NCBI GenBank assembly: GCA_951406725.2
Contig: OX597829.1
Span: 22,506,001-22,570,000, forward strand
Length of the DNA stretch: 64,000 nucleotides
Direction: 5' to 3'
From: Octopus vulgaris
Taxonomy: Eukaryota
Shown here: positions 54,420 to 64,000 of the stretch, piece after piece
Layout of the letters: every line of letters starts with the position of its first letter
How positions within the stretch are numbered: the first letter of the stretch is position 1
Translations under genes and position numbers: made by a program
The notes under the pieces: generated by a model
What the model saw: the letters and a program-made list of their open reading frames with translations, nothing else
Databases searched by the model: none
Told to the model about the DNA's origin: nothing

Positions 54420-54983
54420 TGGGGGGAAAGAGTGTGTGTGAATATGTATGTGTAAGTATGTGTGCGAGCGCGAGTGCTTGTGCTTGTGCTGCGGAAGCTG
54501 GTGCTAGCGTGCTAATTGCGTTATACATTTTCGGTGGACATGCGCGCGTGCCAAACACAAACGCGTGCCAGAGAAACGCGTGCGCGGTGTATATGGGGAT
54601 ACGGGGTGCTTTGTGTGTGTATGCGTGCGTAGAGTGTGGCGGAAGAAAGAGGGTGGCAAACGGGGGTCGGGCTCTCCTCTCTCTCTCTCTTTCTCTGTTC
54701 TGTGTCTGTGTGTACGTATGTATGTATTGCATACGCGCGTACTGTCTCAGCAGACATATCTTTGTGTACATTTCACATGGGTTTTCTGAAACAAAGGCAA
54801 TAATAGTATGTTGTACAGAAATTTACGCGCAAACTTATATACACATAAATATCAAATTCCCGCACACACACACTCACGTATAAAGGGATATATACAAATA
54901 CATATACATATATAATATCACATATATAGACATAAAATCTGATTGTTTTCTCTCTGTCTCTCACTCTTTCTTCTCATTCATAC

Positions 54984-55016
<33 letters not shown>

Positions 55017-55058
55017 ACTTAGAAATATAAATATGCAATTTACGCTTTTGTTACTTAC

Positions 55059-55508
55059 CGTCCAAGAGAAATTAAACTGTAAAATGAGAGGTGAATGTGT
55101 ATGTGTCGGTGTGAACATGAAGGAATTTCCTTCTAAGACTTCGCTAGAAATATTTCCAAACGTACAACGTCCGGTGGTGGCGATTGACTGATATTCCTTA
55201 AGACATACTCGAAAGTATGTCCTGCAAGTGAGTGTACAGACGTTCGATTCATTGCTCGTCCCTCGACAACAGCTTCCGTTTGCCAGTTCTCCCCGGCTGT
55301 TCTGTAATTTGTCAATTTGCAGCTCAAAGTAGCCGGATGCATCGGAAACTCTCAGCGCGGGAAGAAGGAACAGGGCCGAGACAAAGAAGTGGAACTTCCA
55401 AAGGTTAATCCGAGCAGATGACGGTAGCGCAGGGCTGCCAATAACCATGAAACGCAACTTGCCTTGTGGTGTAAGCAGAGCGAATCCGACTATCAAACTA
55501 TGAAACAT
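55059..55508 (-). CDS. JAG1: First coding exon (150 codons) of a Serrate/Jagged-type Notch ligand: signal peptide + N-terminal MNNL/C2 domain
   Basis: Translation ..LWKFHFFVSALFLLPALRVSDA|SGYFELQIDKLQNSRGELANGSCC..CRTYFRVCLKEYQS..GRCTFG..VLEGNSF..LQFNFSWT matches the Notch-ligand N-terminus (human JAG1 SGQFELEI..QN..GEL.NG.CC..YFKVCLKEYQS..CSFG..FSFAWP). CLKEYQS is Jagged/Serrate-like, whereas Delta has CLKHYQ. Phase-0 donor ACG|GTAAGT at 55059/55058 is at the position where JAG1 exon 2 ends. Start could be ATG 55508 or 55448. The symbol is the nearest vertebrate label, not proven orthology. Confidence 0.92.
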
Positions 55509-55641
55509 TCCTAAGAACAGGGGACTTCATGTAAGCTGTTCCTGGAATGATATCCACACAGCCACAAGTTTTTTTTTTCCTTCTTCCTAAAACAAAGACT
55601 TCACATACTTTGTAGAAACATAAAGTTGTGCTCTTCACCAT
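55498..55641 (-). other. 47-codon upstream ORF overlapping the first ATG out of frame
   Basis: ATG 55641 (second in-frame ATG at 55530) reads MVKSTTLCFYKVCEVFVLGRRKKKTCGCVDIIPGTAYMKSPVLRNVS*. Stop at 55500-55498, past ATG 55508. Confidence 0.4.
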
Positions 55642-56589
55642 CAGGTTTGAGCTCTATATTTAAAAGTGAGAGAAGAAAGAAAAAAGGGAAATTGTGCTTT
55701 TTTTTTTCTTTTCCTTTCTTTTCTTTTTCTTTTCTTTTCTTTTTCTTTCTTTTCTTTTCGTCCAAGTTAAAGCGAAGTGAGTGCGGGAATACAAGTTAAG
55801 CTGATGGTTATTTTTAGAGTGAGAGCGAGGTAGAAAGACAGTGGGGAAAGACGGAGAGAAGTAGGGTGGTGGGGAGAGGGGAGAAAAGAGAGAGAGACAG
55901 AGTGAGCGAGAGAGAGAGTGAGTGTGTGTGTGTGTGTATGTGTGTGTGAGAGAGAGAGAGAGAGAGAAAGAAAGACAGAAAGAGAGAAGGTGGGAGGGAT
56001 AGGGTATTAGTGAGAGCTTGTGAGATGCGGGGTGGGAGGTAGTCGGCGTGAGGGGAGCGTATGAGGTGGAGGAGATGAGTAGATGGAGGGAGTGGGAAGG
56101 GAGTGAGCAAATACTGCAACAGAAGCAAAGGCGGTGTAGAGAGAGGGTGATAGCAGATAGCGAGGAAGAAAGGGAAAGAGAAAGAGAAAGGAGGGAGGGG
56201 CGTCAGGCGAGCGACACATCAGAAGGGAGGAGGACGGATGAGGGGGGATTGGTGGCAGTTGTAGTAATAATAACAATGACGATGATGATGATGATGATGA
56301 TGATGATGGCGGTGCTGTCGGTGATGATAGTGTTGTCGTTGGTGGTGGTGGTGATGATGATGACGGTTGTGGTGGTGGTGGTGGTGGTGGTGGTATAGAG
56401 CTAGTGAAATGAGTGAGGCAGGAGGAGGGGGAAAGATTGAAAGAGAAAGAAAGAACTTGGTAAAGATATAGAGAGATAAGTCGACGACGACAGGAGAATG
56501 ATGAAAAATACTGTTTTGAAAAAAGAAAAAAGAAAAGAAAGAAAAGAAAGAAAGATAGAAAGGAAAGAAAGAAGGAAAAGAAAAGAAAG

Positions 56590-56820
56590 AAAGAGATTGG
56601 TTGTTGATATAGAGATAGAAAAAAGGAGAAGAAGAAGGAAAAAAAGAAAAGAAAAAAGGAAATTAAAGTAGAAGGGGGAGGGATCCAAAAGTGACTTTGC
56701 GCATGCGCTGCTGTTAATTAGGGAATCTCAAGAGAACACACCAGAAATTCCATTGGTCACAGAAAACTATCGGCGATGTTGTTGGTTAACTATAATTATG
56801 GTAGCTGTACTATTGGTTTT
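56590..56820 (-). promoter_or_regulatory. Candidate core promoter of the Notch-ligand gene
   Basis: Unique island between GA-rich and TA-rich tracts. Contains NRF1-type palindrome TGCGCATGCGC (56698-56708) and minus-strand CCAAT boxes (ATTGG on + at ~56596, 56752, 56812), ~1.2 kb upstream of the ATG. Confidence 0.4.
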
Positions 56821-56865
56821 ATTTCAAGTGCGTATGTGTGTATGCGTATATATGAGTTCTTCTTG

Positions 56866-56903
<38 letters not shown>

Positions 56904-56919
56904 AGAGATAGATAGATAT

Positions 56920-56954
<35 letters not shown>

Positions 56955-58802
56955 AACACACACACACACACATATATATATATAAACACACACACACATA
57001 TATATATATATTATTCGCATGATAGCAACTTATTTTTTGCTTTCTTTTAATTATTTATACCATTATATATATATGTATATATATATATATATATATGCAC
57101 GCACATCTGTGTGCATGAATCATATGTATATATGCATTCATGTATGTGCATGTGTGTGTATGCGTATATATATAAGTGTATGTATGAATGTATGTAGACG
57201 CATATGTGCATTTGCGTGTGTGCGAATATGCACACACACACACACACACACATATGTATATGTATGTATGTATGCATATATGACTAAATCGATAGATATG
57301 TATATGCATGTATATAAGTATGTTTTGATATGCATGTATGAGTATACACATGTAAGTATATGTGGGTATAGATGAATGTACATGTATATATATATATGTG
57401 TGTGTGTGTAAATGTACGTGTGTATGCATGCATCTATGGTATACATACATGAATGCAAATATATATGTGTGTGTGTGTGTGTGTGCGTGCACGTGCGGAT
57501 GCATATACGTATGTATACGTGTATGTGCGTGTATATATATATATATATATATTGCTGAAATCAAAACGTGCACACACACACACAGATATGCGTATGTTTA
57601 TGTTTTCAAGCTGATAGATTTTTTTTTTCGCCATGACATAGCTGTGTGTAGCAGCTGTGTCACACACACACACACACATATATATACAGAAATACACGCA
57701 TGCACACACACACATACATGCATGCATGCACACACAAACATAGTTACATACAGGTTCTTGTCTATTTCTACCAAAATCAAGCTGAAAACACTAGCAGTGG
57801 AGGCAGCCAGCAGTAACTGCAGCAATGTCACTTAGAATAATTGTGTTAGTTGCTACAGGCCAACATTCTCTGCTTATTTCTTGGTTGATTAAAAAAAAAA
57901 TAATAATAATAATAATAATAGATGATGCTGATGGTGGTGGTGGTGGTGGTGGTGATGATGATGATGGTGATGATCAAAATATGAAGATAAATAAACAAAA
58001 AAAAAAAAAAAAAAAAACTATCTTGTGATTCTCTTTATCAGTAACTAATATATAACTTGGCCTAGTGAATTGATACTTGTACCAGGTGGCGGAATGGAAA
58101 CGGTAACTAAGGGGTACAGAGGAAGGAAGGGACTGAGGGACGGAGGATGGAGAAGATGGAGAGAGGGAAAGAGAGAGAGAGAGGAGGAGGAAGGGTTAGG
58201 GGAGGGTGGGGGCGGGGGCGGGGGAGGGGAGATTTCTGTTTTCCGATAAAAAAGCATTAAAAAAAAAAAACAAGACAGGAAATAGAAAAATTAAAGTTTA
58301 AAAATGAAATAAAATTAATTAAAATATAAACTTCATTCGACACCGAATAAAAATATTTAAGAAAAAAAAAATAGAATAAAAAATAAAATGATAAAAGTAA
58401 TTAAACAAATAACAATAAAAAAAAAACGATTTATTTTGAAAACATTTTCTTTTATGCTTTTTTCTTTTTCTATTTTTTTTTTTTTTTTTTTGCCGTTAAA
58501 GAATTTTGCACATTTGGAGAATGCATAATCAAAATAAAAATAGATAAATAAATAAATAAACGAAAGAAACGGCCAATTATGGTATCGTTTAGAATCGGTA
58601 AAGAGGAGATGGTTTGGGTGATTTTATTCACAGATTTAATGAAATCGCTATCAGAAAGAATTTAAAAAAAAAAAAACACGCAAAAAAAAAACTGGAATAT
58701 ACAACCGTTTGTGTGTGTGTGTGAGTTTTGTTTTTTTACTGGTTGCGTGCATTTTTAGCATCGTGTGCATTCACCTAGAACTTTCTCAATCATTCTGTGT
58801 GT

Positions 58803-58840
<38 letters not shown>

Positions 58841-59034
58841 CGGTATATGCAATTGGCGAAAAGAAAAAAAAAAAAAGAAATTTTAACTGAATAGCTGACA
58901 GGAAGAAATCTGCATACTTTGGTGTGTGTGTGTGTGTGTGTGTGTTTAATGAAAGCCGATTCTTTAAGGGTCACACTTCTCTTCACTTTGCATACACATG
59001 CGCGCGCGCACGTAGTCACGTATGAAGTAGTTAG

Positions 59035-59053
59035 TTAGAGAGATAGATAGATG

Positions 59054-59135
<82 letters not shown>

Positions 59136-59155
59136 AATATAAAGATAGATAGATT

Positions 59156-59205
<50 letters not shown>

Positions 59206-59230
59206 CAGGTAGGAAGATAGATAGATAGAT

Positions 59231-59325
<95 letters not shown>

Positions 59326-59333
59326 CAGGTAGG

Positions 59334-59389
<56 letters not shown>

Positions 59390-59397
59390 CAGGTAGG

Positions 59398-59439
<42 letters not shown>

Positions 59440-59452
59440 TAGATAGATAGAT
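59035..59452. repeat. (GATA)n tetranucleotide array
   Basis: ~100 units with recurring GACAGGTAGG interruptions. Confidence 0.95.
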
Positions 59453-59674
59453 ACATACATACATACATGCATACATACACATGCCTTGTATGTATGTATG
59501 TATGTATGTATGTATGTATGTATTGATCTATATTATTAAACTATCTTTCTTCGGCTCAGCCGAGCAAGGTAGTGTTGTTGTGATGGTGGTGGCGACCTGT
59601 CACTCTCCAAAGCACATTCTCATGCATACACACAAACACACACACACACATGCACGGACTCGACTCAGTCATTG

Positions 59675-59758
59675 CTTCTTCTTCTTCTTCTTCTTCTTCT
59701 TCTTCTTCTTCTTCTTCTTCTTCTTCTTCTTCTTCTTCTTCTTCTTCTTCTTCTTCTT
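59675..59758. repeat. Pure (CTT)n trinucleotide tract
   Basis: ~28 uninterrupted units. Confidence 0.95.
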
Positions 59759-59997
59759 GCAGGAAGAAAGAAACACTAACATGATGATAATTTTTTTTTT
59801 TTTTTATAATTTTTTTTTACCTATGAACGAGGTCAGGTAATAAGTGGCCCCTAGAAAGTACACATCCTTGCCAAACCGAACACCTCCCTTCCTGTCACCG
59901 CTTCTCTCCACCACCACCACCTTTTTTTTTTTTTCATAAGAAGTATCCGTTACATACAGAGAAAGAAAAAAAAAAGAAAGAGAAAGAGAGAAAGAGT

Positions 59998-60028
<31 letters not shown>

Positions 60029-60358
60029 GGGTTGGTGTTGTTGGAAGACCAGATGTGCATGTGTCACAAGAACGTTGTGAGCCCCAGAGTTAGTTAAGTA
60101 TAGCGGTTGTGTTATTGTATATAATTGTGGCGTGTGTGTGTGTGTGTGTGTGTTTGTCTGAGCGATTGTTTTTATGTATGTGTTGCTGTTTGTATCTTTG
60201 TGTGTGCGTGTGCGTGTGCGTGTGTGTGTGCGTTTATGCATCAGAGAGAGAGAGAGAGAGAGAGACAAACAGACAAAGACAGAGAGAAAGAAAGAAATGG
60301 GTGTTTATAAATAAATGTGTGTATCGCGCAAATGCATGAGTGCGTAAGTGAATAATAC

Positions 60359-60417
<59 letters not shown>

Positions 60418-60453
60418 ATATGCATATATACGTGTGTATACATATGCATTTGT

Positions 60454-60492
<39 letters not shown>

Positions 60493-60670
60493 CAATTACA
60501 TGTGTGTGTGTGTGTGTATGTATGTATGCAATTACATGTGTGTGTGTGTGTACTTATGTATGCATGTATTTATATATGTGCGTGTGCATGTAAACATATA
60601 ATGCGTGGACGTGTGTGTGTGTGTGCATAAGCTGTGATTGTGTATGGATATGCATGAATGTGTGTATGTG

Positions 60671-60702
<32 letters not shown>

Positions 60703-60747
60703 CATAAGCTGTGATTGTGTATGGATATGCATGAATGTGTGTATGTG

Positions 60748-60795
<48 letters not shown>

Positions 60796-61559
60796 CATGT
60801 ATGTATGTGGTAGTGTGTGAGTGTGTGTTAACGAGTAAAAAAAAAAAAAAGGGGTCTGTAAGAGACCATGCATCACAAACCCTTGGTCCATTTCATTCGA
60901 AACAACCTCCACCCTCCTTTACACAAACCCCACCCAAAACGTCGCCGCCGCCGCCACCAATCTACACCGTCGCCGTCGCCACCACCATCTACACCGTCGC
61001 CGTCGCCACCACGGTGACTATTCACCATTGCCAGCCACCACCACCACCCCCTCCACTTCGTCCTCCTTTCCTCCTACAGTCACCCTTTTGCTATATCAAA
61101 ACCTGGCAACGGCTTTCTTTGTTTTCGGCTTGCTGTTTCTGCTAAGCACACGCTATATATCCAGCGCCAGCGCGCAACTACCCTATCAAACACACACACA
61201 TACATTTTACAAGATGTAGGCCCGTTTTTCATTCTTCCAGCTTTGCCTTTCTTTCTCTAACGTTCAGTACCAACAACAACCACACACGCACACACACACA
61301 CACACGTACACACACACTCGCGCACACTCTCACGCACGCGTATGCACGCGCGCGCATATACTACAGTTTGCTCGCATACATAGCGACACTCATACATCTT
61401 TCTTTCCTTCAGTAGCACACACACACACACACTCACACACATACACATACAAGAGACATACATGCTTATTCTTCGTACTCATACAAAGCAACACTAACAC
61501 ATCTCTGTCTTTGTCTCTGTCTCTCTCTCTCTCTCTCTCTTTCTCTCTCGCTATCTGAC

Positions 61560-61603
<44 letters not shown>

Positions 61604-61836
61604 TACATATTAGTTCAAATACTACGTTACACACAAAAACATACAAATACAACTTGTACACATACATAGAGACACAAACACACAATCAACTCTTCATTTT
61701 CCTTCTCTTTATCATACACTCACACATACTAATAGATCTCTCTCTCTCTCTCCCTTACATTCTATCACACACACACAAACAAACAAATACATCTCTCACA
61801 CATACAAACTAACACCTCTACACAAATAAACTAATC

Positions 61837-61893
<57 letters not shown>

Positions 61894-62371
61894 TCTCTCT
61901 GTCATATATACACAAACTAATATCTCATATCTCTCACACACACTAACACCTCTCTTTTCTCTTTCACTCTCTCCCATTACGGACACAAATTAAAAGATCT
62001 CTCTCCCTTTCTTTCTCTCTTTCTCTCTCTCTCTCTCACACACACACACACTTCCACACACGACTTAAATAAGCTGTTGAACGTACATGTGTTCAGTTTT
62101 ATTCATCGCGTTTATACATGTTTATTGGTAAGGAAGAAAACACGGCAAGATATTTCCACGGATGTTGTTTCTTTGTTGCCAACACAAAGACATCTCGTTG
62201 ACGTGAAAAGTAGGGAATCCGGCATATATATACATATCTATACACACACACATCTACGCAGCCATACATATTAATATAAATACATGTAATTTTATGAATA
62301 CACCACGCAAGTACGTGTGGCTATATATATATATATGTATATACACATATATGTGTGTGTGTGTGTATGCA

Positions 62372-62741
62372 TTGTTTCGGTCAGTTGACTGTGGCCATGC
62401 TGGAGTACCATCTTAAGGGTGATAGTCGAAGAAATCGACCCCAGGACTTATTCTTTGTAAGCCTAATACTTATCCTTATCGGTCTGCCTTTGCCGAACCG
62501 CCAGGTTGCGTGGACATAAACACACCAGCATCGGTTGTCAAGCGATGGCTGGGGAGGGACAAGCACACATACACATGTATATATATATACACACACACAC
62601 ACGACGGACTTTTTTCAGTTTCTGCCTACCAAATCCACTCACAAGGCTTTGGTCGACCCCCAGGTCAACTTGTCCAAGGCGTCACGTTGTGGATCAGAAC
62701 CCGGAACTATGTGGTTGGGAAGCAAGCGTCTTACCACACAG
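62372..62741 (-). mobile_element. SINE family A (diverged subfamily)
   Basis: Matches the A consensus. Confidence 0.8.
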
Positions 62742-62745
62742 TATT

Positions 62746-62797
<52 letters not shown>

Positions 62798-62800
62798 ATA

Positions 62801-62878
<78 letters not shown>

Positions 62879-63290
62879 GGCGCAGGAGTGGCTGTGTGGT
62901 AAGTAGCTTGCTAACCAACCACATGATTCCGGGTTCAGTCCCACTGCGTGGCACTTTGGGCAAGTGTCTTCTGCTATAGCCCCGGCCCGACCAATGCCTT
63001 GTGAGTGGATTTGGTAGACGGAAACTGAAAGAAGCCTGTCGTATATATGTATATATATATGTGTGTGAATATGTTTGTGTGTCTGTGTTTGTTCCCCTAG
63101 CATTGCTTGACAACCGATGCTGGTGTGTTTACGTCCCTGTCACATAGCGGTTCGGCAAAAGAGGCCGATAGAATAAGTACTGGGCTTACAAAGAATAAGT
63201 CCCGGGGTCGATTTGCTCGACTAAAGGCGGTGCTCCAGCATGGCCGCAGTCAAATGACTGAAACAAGTAAAAAGAGTAAAAAAATAAAGA
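62879..63290 (+). mobile_element. SINE family A, full length, young-looking
   Basis: Close to consensus with CpGs retained. Preceded by a ~130-bp (TA)n tract. Confidence 0.9.
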
Positions 63291-63351
63291 GTATATATAT
63301 ATATGTATGTATATATATATATATGTATGTATATATATATATGTATGTATA

Positions 63352-63387
<36 letters not shown>

Positions 63388-63414
63388 TGTATGTATGTAT
63401 GTATGTATGTATGT

Positions 63415-63623
63415 ACGAAGAGAGCGTAATTCGACATGCAAAGGAACATGAAACCCAGTTACAACTACAGCCGGCTATTACCAGTAAAGGTCTTAGTTGC
63501 CAATTCTGTACAAGACATTGTAGATCTTTAGCTGGGCTAAAAAGTCACATTCGATCACAGCACCAATGACAGTTAAGCTTCGTGCAATGGCCGTACTCGA
63601 TAACGAGGGGACAGAGCCATCAT
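63415..63623 (+). mobile_element. 5'-truncated RTE-clade LINE end with C-terminal zinc finger
   Basis: [25 protein letters not shown] (CxxC..HxxxxH, typical RTE/BovB ORF2 end). Short 3' UTR with a CTCG-ATAA-CGAG hairpin. Embedded in (TATG)n. Confidence 0.7.
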
Positions 63624-63672
63624 GTATGTATGTATGTGTGTAATCAAGACATCGTAAGGAAGGGAGATCCAT

Positions 63673-63889
63673 ACTCTTTACTCTTTTACTCTTTTACTTG
63701 TTTCAGTCATTTGACTGCGGCCATGCTGGAGCACCGCCTTTAGTCGAGCAAATCGACCCCGAGACTTATTATTTGTAAGCCCAGTGCTTATTCTATCGGT
63801 CTCTTTTGCCGAACCGCTAAGTGACGGGGACGTAAACACACCAGCATCGGTTGTCAAGCAATGCTAGGGGGACAAACACAGACACACAA

Positions 63890-63950
<61 letters not shown>

Positions 63951-64000
63951 TACGACAGGCTTCTTTCAGTTTCCGTCTACCAAATCCACTCACAAGGCAT
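63673..64000 (-). mobile_element. SINE family A (runs off the window)
   Basis: Matches the A consensus. Confidence 0.88.

Noticed and set aside
55059-55508. Calling the gene Delta
   Set aside because: CLKEYQS and QN..GEL.NG.CC fit Serrate/Jagged better. A final call needs the EGF count and the vWC domain, which lie outside the window.
63303-63569. Host C2H2 zinc-finger gene
   Set aside because: Single finger with an RTE-type signature followed by a LINE-like 3' end. The ORF start is microsatellite.

Overview
Eukaryotic, AT-rich, extremely repeat-dense DNA whose SINE and microsatellite landscape looks like an octopus (coleoid cephalopod) genome; the taxon is an inference. There is one convincing host coding segment: the first coding exon (55508->55059, minus strand) of a Serrate/Jagged-type Notch ligand. 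It encodes a signal peptide plus the N-terminal MNNL/C2 domain and ends at a GTAAGT donor. I found no downstream DSL/EGF exon, so positions 1-55058 appear to be one giant intron, and 55.5-64 kb is leader, promoter and upstream DNA. The rest is transposon debris and simple repeats: at least four SINE-like families (called A-D here) with interchangeable LINE-derived 3' tails; fossils of Tx1/L1-, RTE-, R4/Dong- and I/Nimb-like LINEs; a decayed hAT (Buster/Charlie) transposase; hAT, mariner, piggyBac-like and Merlin-like MITEs; two Helitron ends; minisatellites; and long microsatellites. Almost all other ORFs in the track are microsatellite or SINE artefacts. The best leads are an ORF1-only (HAL1-like) retroelement with a TSD whose tail is shared with a SINE, a covarying 3' stem-loop across three tail families, tandem Su(H)/RBPJ sites and E-box clusters in the ligand intron, an overlapping uORF, a CpG step across the gene, and a ~750-bp microsatellite palindrome. 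I did not find a clearly novel multi-gene system.
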